Positions 12,334 to 26,299 of a DNA stretch of 64,000 bases are shown one piece after another. The notes beneath the pieces were generated by a model. The model saw only the letters and a list, made by a program, of their open reading frames with translations, had not been told where the DNA came from and made no database searches. The first letter of the stretch is position 1; each line of letters begins with the position of its first letter. Both the position numbers and the translations under genes were made by a program. The stretch is from contig OX597814.1 of assembly GCA_951406725.2 (NCBI GenBank), positions 59,086,001 to 59,150,000 on the forward strand, given 5' to 3'. The stretch is from Octopus vulgaris (lineage: Eukaryota).

Positions 12334-13315
12334 GAAAATTCTTGGAATGAGATTCTGGGTGATAAAACATATTCCATTTAAAATTTATTCAGCCAGTTTA
12401 TTTCTGAAAATTCATACAATGACAAACATGCACGCGCGCATATTGACAAACATAAACTCGCGTGCATAGCAATGTCAAGGAAATATATAAATACACATAC
12501 AACTGGTTTCTGCCCATTTTCTGTCTACTAGTTCTATGCAAATATAATTAATTCGCTAACCTCAGATGACTTAGATCCCACTCTTTGGGACTTTACACCC
12601 GACTGTGTGACTGTGAAGCGAACAACTTACTTGCAGAACCATGACGATTACTTAACCCTTAAAATTCGAGTCTTTCAATCATTTAGCGAATTTTCCAATA
12701 TTTAGCGAATGATTTTTCAGATATCTTGCTAACAATCCAATCGATTATATAATAACAGTAAATAAAGTAATTATCCATAAACGTATTCACTGAAAAGGTG
12801 AAATATTTTAAGTTTGAGATGAATATAATGAAAATTATGCAGAGATTGTAAAAAGAAGAAGTAGATACAAAAGTAGATTTAAAAGAAATATAAAGAAACA
12901 ATACGAAACACAGAAAATCATTAAGATTCTGAAACATTGTTGACATTATAAAGACATTTCCAAGGTGTCTGTACGAGATTATTCTGGCGTATTAGTATGT
13001 GTACGCAGGCATATGCAAGCACGGGATTGCGCAACTTCACATCAGTGTGTTCATGGATGTTAGTGTTTGTGTTTGTGCCAGATCTTGCGTCGTGTTTGTT
13101 CACGCGCTTGTTTGCGCGTGCACGATGGAGTCATATGCGTGTGTGTATCACATGAATAGAGAACAAGGCAAATTGAAAAGTGAAAGATGGAGAATATGAT
13201 GTACTCAATTTATTTCTCCTTCCATATAAATATTTCAATGCGATTCGAAGAAATATTCTTTCATTAAAACGAAATTCATTATTTACATATGTGCATATGT
13301 GTACGTGTGTGTAGA

Positions 13316-13349
<34 letters not shown>

Positions 13350-13576
13350 ATATATGAACTCCCATAGGAATGTACATACTACAGTCTAGAAACCCGTCTA
13401 CCCATTCTGCACAGCAGTTTCTTCAGATAAATGAATTGCAAATGTAACACCCTACATATAGTTTTTCTTTTATTTTTATACTCTTATTTTCCTTTATACT
13501 TCCTATATCCCTCCTTTTCCAAAATAACTCCTTATATCGAACTGTACTATTTCCCTCTATTTAACTCTCTCATATC

Positions 13577-13624
13577 GTCTCTGATGAAGGAATATCCCTT
13601 ATATCCCAGAAACAGCGATAAGAC
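13577..13624 (+). ncRNA. Minimal type I hammerhead ribozyme motif (slightly degenerate) in a pyrimidine-rich element (~13350-13696) between microsatellites
   Basis: gtct CTGATGA aggaatat-ccctt-atatccca GAAA cagcga TA agac. Stem I is gtct/agac; stems II and III are imperfect. Confidence 0.65.
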
Positions 13625-13715
13625 AGTATTTCTTTTTATAAATGTCCTGAAAATTCCACACAGCTTTGGTTTTGTTGTCTCTTTTTATTTAAAATACACA
13701 CACACACACACACAG

Positions 13716-13774
<59 letters not shown>

Positions 13775-13816
13775 TGAAAGAGTTAGATGAATAGAAATAT
13801 AGATATACGCATATAC

Positions 13817-13847
<31 letters not shown>

Positions 13848-13899
13848 GATATGCATATATATATGTATATAGCATACACATATACATATATATATATAA

Positions 13900-13937
<38 letters not shown>

Positions 13938-14704
13938 GTATGCGTATATAAATTGTAACAGTGGATGTCACGATTAGTTGAACGATAACTGGATGTCTTC
14001 TGACATGCCTGTTTACACGTGGATTCTCAAGTGATAAAGCAGCAACAATGAATGTCATGGGAAAAAGATATATGGTAATTGATGAGCTGCGTTTGGCGTA
14101 GTAGCGACATTATTACTCTTAGAAATAACTGTTATTAGGAATGGAAGCTAGTTCTATATATATCACATGCGACTTGGAGGCTCATGACATATATAACCAT
14201 GACACTAAGTCATGGTTGTATATCGTAGCATAGAATCTGCCGAATTGAAATTATTTATTTGTTGCCATTATGCGATGCCGTTACTATGAGTGTTTGCTTT
14301 GAACGTTACCCTAGCTCAATTCGGTGCATATTTGTCAGCTTGGCAATTAAAGGTCTGTAATAGATCCATGATATAATTCAATTTAATATGAAGAGCCAGA
14401 CAGTTGGGTCATGTTGCATAATCCCTGAAATCCAGTTTGCAATTGCAGAAAATGATTTATGATGCTCAAAATTCAGCCTCAGCCTAAAATTCTGCAACAT
14501 GTTAAATTTAAGAATACAAAATATCCGCATTCACAATACAAAATATCTTTATTCATGTGTTCTCTGAAAGCACGAAAATCAAACACGATGCCGGGTTATA
14601 TATTTAGATAAGCAGCATTTGATTGTTCTTTACGATATATCATCAAATTACTGACGATTATGCAGGAAGTTAATTTAATTCAATGAGTGTATGTATATAT
14701 ATAT

Positions 14705-14868
14705 TGTTGTTGGCATCTTTTTTGTCTCGGGAGACAATGGAGTTGCGCATAAAGTAGTCTAGTCCGGCTTTTACATTTCATGTCCTGATACATTTCCTGC
14801 TGTGGCTGTGTAGTCCTATCCTGGACAAACACTCGCTCTGGCAGGTACCGCAATTGTAGCGAAGAATG
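14705..14868. repeat. Interspersed repeat family X, copy 1
   Basis: Near-identical to 24913-25076 and to the reverse complement of 55497-55612. Begins directly at a TA run. Confidence 0.85.
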
Positions 14869-14929
14869 TTCCTGGCTGGTTGTAATGCCATAGTTTCTTG
14901 TTGACGTCTTTTCTTGTCTTTCCATTTTT

Positions 14930-15133
14930 CCTCTCTTTCTCTGTCACTCCTTCGTATTCCCTCTTTTACGGTACAGTCGCCATGATAGATCGTTAGCCAC
15001 TACACACATTTTTTCTTTCCTTGTTTTTTTCTGTGTCCCTTTCTGTAGAAGAGTAGGCTCGAAACGTAAAAGACTAATAGCTCTTTTTTTTATACACCAC
15101 CTGTCTTCGTCTTTTGTTTTTTTCATAAACTCT

Positions 15134-15138
<5 letters not shown>
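14930..15138 (+). mobile_element. Interspersed repeat family Y (pLTR-like) with a variant hammerhead motif, copy 1
   Basis: Shares ATGATAGATCG.TAGCCACTACACACATTTTT and GTCTTCGTCTTTTGTTTTT with 57500-57703. Motif cttt CTGTAGA a gag-tagg-ctc GAAA cg TA aaag (15039-15072). Ends at (TA)n. Confidence 0.7.
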
Positions 15139-15176
<38 letters not shown>

Positions 15177-15195
15177 GTTTATCCACGAAAGACTG

Positions 15196-15249
<54 letters not shown>

Positions 15250-15268
15250 TGCTTATATATATATATAT

Positions 15269-15320
<52 letters not shown>

Positions 15321-16009
15321 TTATATTAACACACATACCTTTCCATAAATATATATATGTATATACATGCAGTAACGTATGCACATTTTTACATACCGTG
15401 ATCTATATAAAAGGTGCAAATCATTAATTTTCACGTAACTTTTAAAGGCATGGGCCAACTATTATTTATGCAAATATATGGAAACACCATGCTGTTCTAT
15501 GGAGCACTTTTATGACTTTTCTAACATAACTATGCATAATACAGGCTCAGACAGAACGGTTCATACACACATACACACGAGCACACGCACACATGCACAC
15601 ACACATATGCACACTCACATACAGACAGACACACACTCATTTATATATCTGCATCTGCGATTGCTTCCATATGGGTTTGTTTCCAATTTATCTTGTGGTA
15701 CAAATTAATATCAGCGCTTAATTTAACTGCAATAGGTACGCGTAATTTCTTGTGAAATTAGTGAAAATGATACTACTTTAATAAAGATGTGATATGGCTC
15801 TAATGCTATACATGGCGCGTGGTTGAATAAATCTATGTTCAACTCTTATACCTCTTGAATTTAAGCTTTTATATACTCCTCAAATGATAATTTATCTCTT
15901 CGTTTTCTGGATTTTCAGTTAAATGGACCCTTTACTTTATGTAAGCAATTATTATGTGGACTGACGAATTGAGTCCATACAAGAAGTTTACTATGACGTG
16001 TGCACGTGC

Positions 16010-16063
<54 letters not shown>

Positions 16064-16085
16064 ATGTGTGTGTGTGTGTGCGAGC

Positions 16086-16125
<40 letters not shown>

Positions 16126-17009
16126 ATAATATCTTTTGTACGAGTATGAAACTGCATATTCTAACAAAATATTCAATGTAAATCTTAATTATTTTCGCGG
16201 AGAGAAAGAAAGCAGGGGAGACGCCTTCAAGAAATGTACACGCTGTTAGAATACAATGAAAATGTGTTGGAGGGAGAGTATGGTATTGCTGCAAGTACGA
16301 GCCATAAATAAAATTATTTGATGTTGTAGAAGAATTTGATGTGAGAATAAAATGATGTTTTTAATACAGATTCAACAAAAAGCAAAAGAGTAAATTGTCG
16401 AAAATCACAGCCTTGTTTGTTCCTGGTGTTTTTTGATTGATTAAAATACAAATTGGTTCTAATGTTTCTAAGGGTTTTTTTTTCCATATATAGATCGCAT
16501 ACCTGCTGCTTCTCATGAGAATGTTTGAATGTTTTCAAACCATTTTGAAAATGAATTCTTTAGATGGAGGTAAACATACAGAAAGTGAAAGAATGTTAAC
16601 ACGGTGAACCTCACCACCAGTATAATAAATTTATATTATCTAGTGACCTTGAATAAGATATACATTGCTGCAAATTTTAATTTGCTTTTATTATTATATT
16701 TACTAATTATCTTTTCATTAAAGATATAGTCAATGTGGTATTTCAAACAGGATCTTAAGCTGTTTGCAATATGTTACAAAGGTGAATTACGAATCAAATT
16801 TAAGAGATGTACATTCCTACGACAATGCAAATGGATGTACACAATTTTTTGCTTTATTAATCTGTATTCACGTTTAGCTTGATCATAAAATCACCTATTT
16901 AACAGGTAGATATTAACACGTTTAAGACAGAAAAAGAATGACTGGGACCTAGTTGGATACATTTACGTTCTGAGATGAATAGAAATAAAATTCTCCTCTC
17001 AAGCGAATG

Positions 17010-17229
17010 CCAAGCGCATGTGGGCTGGTTTCCCTGTTTGAATGGCGTATATATTCCCCACCTGGATGGGAAGCCGGTCCATCACAGCATTACTCATTTT
17101 TGCCATTTGAATGGACTGGAGCAGCGTGAAATGGATGTTTTTATCAAGAATACAACGCGTCATGGAATCGAAACCACAATCTTGCGATCATTAGCCCAAC
17201 ATCTAAACAACTAAGCCAGACGCCTCCAC
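17010..17229 (-). mobile_element. SINE family C, diverged copy
   Basis: Reverse complement aligns with 5243-5470 (TGGAGGCGTCTGGCTTAG...GGTTTCGATTCC...CTCCAGTCCA...CCCATCCAGGTGGGAA). Confidence 0.8.
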
Positions 17230-17636
17230 ACGCTCTAAGACAGCATCTCATAAATTTGAATTATTTTCCTCATTACGTTCAGAAAAAGCTCGAACTTGTT
17301 AATTTTGGTTTTCTTGTTAAGAAGCGACTGGGATCGACAAACATGATGAACATCAGCGTGTTCTAGTCATGATTATCTCGTCCCCTAGGCAGTTGGTTTG
17401 TGAAGATAACTTTGTTTAGCGATCCCTATATTTTCAGTCGCTCAATCGATCACCTGATATGATTGAATCAAGAACCCACCCAAACGCATATGTTAAAGAT
17501 CTGAAAGCCTCTAAAATATAAGTAAATGTATATAACCTGTTATTATATCTATTTTCTATTTCCTTTATCAATATGTATATATCATTCTAACCACACACAT
17601 ATGCACACTCACACACAGACACATACATACACACAT

Positions 17637-17702
<66 letters not shown>

Positions 17703-17806
17703 CATACATACATACATACATACATACATACTACATACATACATACATACATACATAGATAGATAGATATATAGATAGATAGATATAATCTATCTATATC
17801 TATCTA

Positions 17807-17844
<38 letters not shown>

Positions 17845-17875
17845 CACACATCCATACAAGCAAGAACGCATATTT

Positions 17876-17935
17876 GTGTGTGCGTGTGTGACTGCGTGTA
17901 TTAGTGTGTGCGTGTGTGACTGCGTGTATTAGTGT
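17876..17935. repeat. 28-bp tandem duplication
   Basis: TGTGTGCGTGTGTGACTGCGTGTATTAG x2. Confidence 0.85.
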
Positions 17936-20537
17936 GTGTGTGTAGATATGCGCTTACACTATGACGACCGCCAATACACGTGGTTTGTCCACATTCCTTT
18001 TAACGTGCGATTTTAGAAAATCTGATATCACACTTAAATCCAAAGGATGCCTGCATTAAATTTTCAGAAACTACAACTCAGTACTAGGACTTAAGTATTT
18101 TAGATCTAATATAATATATTATAAGCCTTCTGCATTGAGTGGACTTTTATATGTAACTATAACGTCTGAATTGTGATTAGGTATTGATTTGACAATTCAT
18201 TGAGATTTAATATAAGTTGTTGCTAGAATCTCTGGTACAGAATTCCATACAAATTCACAAGATTGTTACATTAGACATTGACTATTTCTAACGTGTAGTC
18301 TTGAATGATCTGCCATGTATTGAACACATTTGCGATGCAGTGTACATATTGGCATTCAGTAATTCACATATTCAAGATAATGTTTAATGATACGTTTAAA
18401 GAGAGTGTTCTGCGTTTCAGTGATAAATAAATTGCTTAGTGCTTTCGCACATGTTTAAACATGCGTGTTTATACGAAAGTGTAATTATGTAAATAAATAG
18501 TTTCACATTAAAATGGAATTCATTTCGTGAAACTGTTAAGTGTCTGAGAGGTCATTAACGCGAGGTTTCATTCAATTAAGCTCTATGAACTAAGATTAAT
18601 TAAACATCTATTATTTACTTCACAGTTTTCAAGATCATCTAGAGATATAATTTAAAGTGACTCGCAAAATGCAAATCACATTATCATATTTTATATATTA
18701 AGCAACACTTGCATCAGTATATAATATGGCATTTCGATATGGAAACAAACAAAGCAATATTAATAGCGCTTATGAATGAGATACATGTATATGCATTTTA
18801 GAAATATAGCTGGAATATTCAGCAATATACTACACTATACTAGATCAATTACTTTAATAGTTCCACACCAAATAAAGTCAACACTGCAATAGGTCATTTT
18901 GGAGTCCTTAAGCCAAAAGAAATGTAAGAAGAGTGTACAGAAGCGCAGGTAAGCATCCAACAGGCCGATATTGACGAAGAGCTTTCCATTCCTTGCTGAA
19001 TTATTTGTACATTGTACATGAAAAATTATACATTAATAAAAAGCAAGATGATGTGCGAATGACGCTATCTACCGAAATCTAATTACATAAAAATGGAATT
19101 GTCCATTGGCAATAAATATGAATAAAATCATGACAGTTCTTTCCCCGCCTAATGATCTTTTAGAAAGAACCAAACTATAATAAGGCATTCTGGTATTCAT
19201 CATTAACAATTCGCATATATTTTTACAAGAGGGATGTGTGTCTTTTTAAGTGCTGCTGATTAAATTGTACCACATGCACTTGTTTAAATAGTCTGCTTTC
19301 GACGGACACACTATCACATACATGCAAAGACACAAACATAGACATGTATATAGGGCTGCACATGCGTGCATGAATGTAAGTTTGTGAATATATATGTATG
19401 TAATAGTATGTGAGTCGATAATAATGTTACTAAGCATGATTTTATACTACACGTCCAATAAATGTCGTTTGTTTCAAAATTGATGCCTGCGTGAAAACAA
19501 TGGCAAGTAATAAGTCATCATATATTCACAAATATTTATAATCTTATACATAAAGTCATATATATGTGTGTGTGTGTATAAATATATTTATGTGTCTGTG
19601 CTCCTGTGTTTGTGTAAAGTTGTTACTCACCCAATAAACAACGTCTATATGTAAGTTTAATGTACGTCAATTTCGTTTTCATTTACGAAATGACTAGTAA
19701 ATCATTTCTGGTGCAAATCAGACCAGTTATAGTACTAAATTCACTACATTTTAAGTGCTACGCATAGCAATAAATGTGTGCGTGTATCTGTGTGTCACTG
19801 TGATTGAAGAAATCATAGATCTATGAAGTATTTTGTGTCTATACATCTGCGTATAGTAATAGCCTCACAAGAGCTAAACGTTGTAGATTGTAGCATTTAC
19901 AAATTTGGAAGTAAATATGTTAAGTTGCAGATTTCAGCAGTAATTTTCCTTAAGCAATTATTGAAGAATGTGCTACTATCAATTGGATAGGACGTTTTAT
20001 TTCGCATATACTGGATTTATTATAGCTGCATGACAACCCCATATTCAAAAACCATTCATGTATTTAACAGGATTGGGTTATCAATTGCAGCGCTTTTATT
20101 TAGCGCACGCGATTTTACACATCGTATTGAAGGAGCGCAAATATTATACCCTTTGAGACAAAATAGATGTGTTTATCATATCATCTGAGCATAGAACATA
20201 AGAGTTACAGTTTTTTCTCATCTACACAGAGGACGAAACACGTGAAACATTTACTAACTCCCTCAAAACAGTGTAAGTCCATGATGTTTTACTTGCATAT
20301 TGCAATGCAAATATCGTACCGCGTTTGGTTCCACATTTGAAAACATCAGTACATTTTAATACGTACGAAACAAAGGAAAAAGAAAACGTTCGAATTTCCA
20401 TGCGTATAAATATATATATATATATACAGAAGGAGAAAAGGGAGAAAAATAGACAGAGAGATACATATATAAGTAGATAGATAGATGGATCGAAACACAC
20501 ATGAATATATGTATATATGGATATATTAAGGTGCGTG

Positions 20538-20585
<48 letters not shown>

Positions 20586-22327
20586 TGCGCGCGCGCGTGT
20601 ATGTTCATGTATTGATATACCTAACTTTTAAAATTTTGAATGTACGTCTATGTATAAGACAGCGTAATTTTGTTTTAATAAATATGTATCTATAAAATTT
20701 ATACATGTAGTATATATATATATATCATTAATGCTACTTAGAACCTATACAAACACGCACGCATCCATATTGCATTGATAGATGCATTCTCGTTGACGTA
20801 TTGATTAGAAAGTACAAATGTATGTGTGTATATACACGTAAATATATAGAGAGAGCGAGAAAGTGAAAAGAAAGGCGTAAAACAGAACGAGAGAGTGAGA
20901 GAGAGAGAAAGCGGTATCTGCATGCTAATATAATAATATAATAGATACAATATAGCGTGACATATATATAAATCTAGTCATGTAAATGGGGAAAAAATAT
21001 TAAAAAACCCTACAAATTACAACTTCGGTTGATCTTACTTTTGTACAGGAAATAATTAAGGGATTATATATAAATATGTAAGACACTGACGATGTACCGG
21101 AGAATGTGTTCAGCATGTGCATTGAACTTAACAACAGGTAGTGTCATTTATTTGATTACAAGCCTCTTAAACTTTTATGGTTTTATTCAACGGAACTGCA
21201 TCTTATACTAAGGCATGCTTAATTAAAAGGAAAGCTATTTAAATTGCATTTCACCTGCGTACAGAAAATACAATTATTGACATATTTTGTTAGAATTTTA
21301 CATATGTTTGTTATATGTATTTTTTCTTATCTCGTTTTCGTACATTTTAAAAATATTTATTCTTCTCTTTTGTCTTTTATTATTATCAGGATTTAAGTTA
21401 TTTTATTGGCTGCATCGTTAGAGAATTGTGAAAAATATCTAGCGATATTTCTGCTGCATTTTTATGATATGAGATCAAATCAAGCCGGAGTCAGCATACC
21501 CATTCTTCCCTAACCGGTTCATTAAATATAAAACCAAACAAGTGCTTTTGATCGATTTAGTCTTTCTCCTTACAATTTACCTAAATTACAAATCACATGT
21601 AGCACTTTTTTCCCTAGTATTGATTCCTTGGTGGGTTTAACATTACAAGCATTTAGAAAACGGTGGTTCAACTCCGGTTAACGTCAGTCCCACACCGGCA
21701 ACTCCGGTTCAACTCCGGTTTAAAGAGACCCAAAACTGGAATTTTCTTAGATGGTATGGTCTTATTAGTTGAAGGAAAAATATGTGGCTGCTAATTCTAC
21801 AAGCCTAGTAAATATTCTGATACTAAAACACAGTTATGGTAAGTTGTAAAAGAAAGCGCAACGTTCATATATGTCAACAGGATTATAAAACTAGTTACGA
21901 AAAGCAGTTCAAGCAACAACCTCTGATTGAAGGAAAATGTTGGCTCTCCATTCGCAAACAAAATTCGAAACTAGCTGTCATTCGTACCCGTCTATAACGA
22001 TTTAGTGAAGGATGGAATCAAATTTATCAGGATTTGAAACTGAAGATGTCAGTTCAGGAAGAAATCGACGAGAAAATAATTTATACTTAGACATTAAACT
22101 AGTTCTGGTGATATATTCGATTTTAGAAATAAAATTCTGGATAGATGGACATATATCGCAGCAAATACTACAATAAATTTTGACGAATATGGATGCTAAG
22201 TTAACAAACATTTTAATCCATTTACGTGCACAGATAAATATGTTGATTAATATTCAGACTCAAAGATGGAAGAACTATACATATGTTTAAATGCCTGTGT
22301 GACCGTCTATATGCCTTGTCTATATGT

Positions 22328-22475
22328 AATCTCCTTGTCTGATGTAATCTCCAGGGATACAGGCATCCAGCAACAGGACCTCCGTAATGCTATGATGGAC
22401 CGTGAAGTCTGGCGTAACATAGTAAATTCCATTGTCTCGACCACAGTCGAACAATGATGATGATGATGATGATGA
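22328..22475 (+). mobile_element. Severely 5'-truncated copy of the same RTE LINE
   Basis: Near-identical to the reverse complement of 6421-6543 (DVISRDTGIQQQDLRNAMMDREVWRN). Has a (TGA)n tail and 12-bp TSD TTGTCTATATGT (22316-22327 and 22476-22487). Confidence 0.92.
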
Positions 22476-22569
22476 TTGTCTATATGTCTTGCATGTGTAT
22501 TTGTATGTGTGCTCAAGTGTGTTGTACATCCCCATTTAAAAACCTGAGAGAACCACAAGGCAAAATGCA

Positions 22570-22643
<74 letters not shown>

Positions 22644-23697
22644 CATATGTATGCACGCACACACGCACACACATATGCACACACGTATATCTATATACAA
22701 GATATATGGTTTTATGTGTATACGTAATTGTATATTAAGACGAATATATTAAAGAAAATACTTGTTCATGTATGCATGTTTGAACAGGGATACAGAGAAA
22801 CGATTGGAAATTTGATAACAGATAAGTAAAAAATATCACCTGAGAAATGAAATAAGACGAAAATTGCAAGAAACGAATAATATCGAAAAACCGGCATAGA
22901 AGTATCGAAAAAGAAAATGCAATGTAAATATGGAATATCAACCGTTTCTACAATCACCAGATCTAATAAATAATGAATGATAAAAACACCAACACACAAA
23001 GACACGGACGTACGCACACACAAGTCCAGAGACGCACGTCAACGTATATATATATATACACATACATACACACTTATATATGCGTGTGTTTATGTGTGCA
23101 TGTATTTATAGAAATTTAGACTTGTCTAGATTAAAAAACACAGAACATAAAAGATAAATAAATATTAAAGGAAAATACAATGAGTGAAATTTAATTAAAG
23201 GAGGGATATAGCAGAAAATGAAACAAAAACTACCAAAGATTCCATATGGTTAAATATAGCTAAACAGATAAAAATATGTATGAAATAATGAAGTCGTGCA
23301 ATGCATTTAGTAATTAAAGATTTAATATTGAGCATGATATGAGATGTGCAGTGAAAGTACTGATTCATCATGTACGTGGTGTGAGTGGTAATGCACTTAA
23401 AACACACACTCAAGCTCTTTCATTCACTTACCTCATACTTCTTACACTCACGTTTTCCTTCTTTACCTTTTCATTCCTATCTCAGTACATTCCCAATCTC
23501 ACCAACCCCCCTCTCTCTCTCTCTTATTCAATATCTCTTTATACCATTTTCCCAGTCTCTCAATCTCTATTGCTATGCTTAGCGTTCTATAACATTTCTT
23601 CTTTTTCATCCTTCACTTAATTTCTCATGCAATTCAATTCTCTTTGTTGAAATTCTCTCCTATAATACATTATTACTCGTCCCAATTTCTCGTCTAG

Positions 23698-23710
23698 TAT
23701 AATAATAATG

Positions 23711-23790
<80 letters not shown>

Positions 23791-23960
23791 AATAATGATA
23801 ATAATAATAATGAAAAGAAGAAGAAGCAGAAGAAGAAGCAGAAGAAGAAGAAGAAGAAGAAGAAGAAGAAGAAGAAGAAGAAGAAGCAGAAGAAGAAGAA
23901 GAAGAAGAAGAAGAAGAAGAAGAAAAAGGAAGAAGAAGAAGAACAACAACAACAACAACA
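23698..23960. repeat. Compound microsatellite (TAA)n-(GAA)n-(CAA)n
   Basis: Direct reading. Confidence 0.95.
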
Positions 23961-24147
23961 AAAATAAAATATGTAGCAGGAAAGTGAAAGCAGTAACAGG
24001 GGGGAAATGCCATGATGCATAAAAGCAAAGCGTTGTGCTTAAACGTACGCATAAAATAGCTAAAGAGATATGCTGTATAAATAGTAAAACCCAACTATCG
24101 ATGATATAACTCTTCTTCCTCGCATGTGCGTATATAAATGTATATAT

Positions 24148-24551
24148 AGGCGCAGGAGTGGCTGTGGGGTAAGTAGCTTGCTTACCAACCACATGGTTCC
24201 GGGTTCAGTCCCACTGCGTGGCACCTTGGGCAAGTGTCTTCTACTATAGCCTCGGGCCGACCAAAGCCTTGTGAGTGGATTTGGTAGATGGAAACTGAAA
24301 GAAGCCCGTCGTATATATGTATATATATATATATACATATGTGTGTGTGTTTGTGTGTCTGTGTTTGTCCCCCTAGCATTGCTTGACAACCGATGCTGGT
24401 GTGTTTATGTCCCCGTCACTTAGCGGTTCTGCAAAAGAGACGGATAGAATAAGTACTGGGCTTACAAAAGAATAAGTCCTGGGGTCGAGTTGCTCGATTA
24501 AAGGCGGTGCTCCAGCATGGCTGCAGTCAAATGACTGAAACAAGTAAAAGA

Positions 24552-24552
<1 letters not shown>
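24148..24552 (+). mobile_element. tRNA-derived SINE, family D, full length with internal (TA)/(TG) tract
   Basis: A-box-like TGGCTGTGGGG, B-box-like GGTTCAGTCCC, CCTTGGGCAAGTGTCTT core and GTAAAAGA tail. Closely matches 46635-47065. Confidence 0.9.
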
Positions 24553-24592
<40 letters not shown>

Positions 24593-24631
24593 AATATATA
24601 TATATATACACGCACATATGTTCATACATAC

Positions 24632-24679
<48 letters not shown>

Positions 24680-24833
24680 GCATACATTCACACATATATA
24701 TACACATATATACACATGTTTTTATATTTTACGTATGGTTAAATAACTATGTATACATAGATTTATATATGTTTATATATATATATGTGTATATATGTGT
24801 ATATGTATATGTGTATATATGTGTATATGTATA

Positions 24834-24912
<79 letters not shown>

Positions 24913-24917
<5 letters not shown>

Positions 24918-25076
24918 CTTGTTGGCATCCTTTTTGCCTCGAAAGACAATAGAGTTCAACATAAAATAATCTAGTCCGGCTTTTACATTTCATATCCGAA
25001 TACATCTGCTGTGGCTGTGTAGTCCTATCCGGGACAAACACTCCCCACTGGCAGGTACCGCAAATGAGGCGAAGAC
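24913..25076. repeat. Interspersed repeat family X, copy 2, with (TA)n on both sides
   Basis: Aligns with 14705-14868. Confidence 0.85.
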
Positions 25077-25934
25077 TATATATATATATATATGATGTGA
25101 CATACGAAATCATCACACACCCACTTACTTAAGTATATGTACTCACACAAACAAGTTCATTAAGTATATCAGCTCACATAAATGTATGACTGCAGTGTTG
25201 CACAAACCATCTCCCTTTTCCAGAGGAGGACTGTATTAGCATTTAAACGAGCCTTTCTTCTGTCATATTAACTCTTGCTCATTTCACCTCCTTTTTTAGT
25301 ATACTGATCGACGGCAATCAACATGGAAATATCAATGTCTTGGTGACACACATCTTGTATCTATTATAAAAGCTCTCGGACGAATCAAATGTAAAAGTAA
25401 TCGAAATAAAACTATTAGCTGGATAAACTCAACTTCTCCCCTTACATCTGACGCGCAATAATCAAAATATATTAAAAATCTCCTTTAATGTTTAGAAATA
25501 ATTTGCATCATGAAATATCTGCAATTGATCTATCCGCGAAATCAAAAGTGATCTCCGTTACTTGAGGACAAAACCTACTCTTAGCTATCCCATACGAATC
25601 GAACCAAACGCAGAACCTTTCCCCAACGACTGCAAATAAAACGACCTAAAACCATGACGATTTACATTTAATTGCAGGACAAGAAATACATTCCAAACAG
25701 TGTATGCTAATCCAGAGCTTATGAGCACCTCACTTTCAATCCCTTTGAGCTACACTACTACAACCATACAAAAAAAGCTTTAACTGAGAGTTGATAAAAT
25801 ATAAATACATATACATACATACATATACACACACGCACACGCACATACATATATATATAATATTCAATATGCAGGGTGAATACTTGATAGTTCTAAGCAC
25901 CTGTATATACCATTTAGTGGTGTAGGTGATAGAG

Positions 25935-26007
25935 TATATTAATCAAAATAAAAACATGATTCAAAGGATTTAGCGGCTAAATCCTTTGAATCATGTTTTT
26001 ATTTTGA

Positions 26008-26015
<8 letters not shown>
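25935..26015. repeat. Perfect palindrome (40-bp arms, 1-nt loop at 25975) abutting (TA)n
   Basis: TATATTAATCAAAATAAAAACATGATTCAAAGGATTTAGC-G-GCTAAATCCTTTGAATCATGTTTTTATTTTGATTAATATA. Confidence 0.93.
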
Positions 26016-26071
<56 letters not shown>

Positions 26072-26114
26072 CATATATACCTACATATATATACGTATAT
26101 ACATACATACATAC

Positions 26115-26166
<52 letters not shown>

Positions 26167-26168
<2 letters not shown>

Positions 26169-26231
26169 ATAGATAGATAGATAGATACATAGATGGATGG
26201 ATGGATAGATAGATATATATAGAGATAGATT

Positions 26232-26299
<68 letters not shown>
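26167..26299. repeat. (GATA)n microsatellite
   Basis: Direct reading. Confidence 0.95.

Noticed and set aside
18892-18954. Possible small exon (AG|GTCATT...GCGCAG|GTAAGC)
   Set aside because: Good donor but weak acceptor tract, no recognisable protein and no partner exons; cannot be supported without transcripts.
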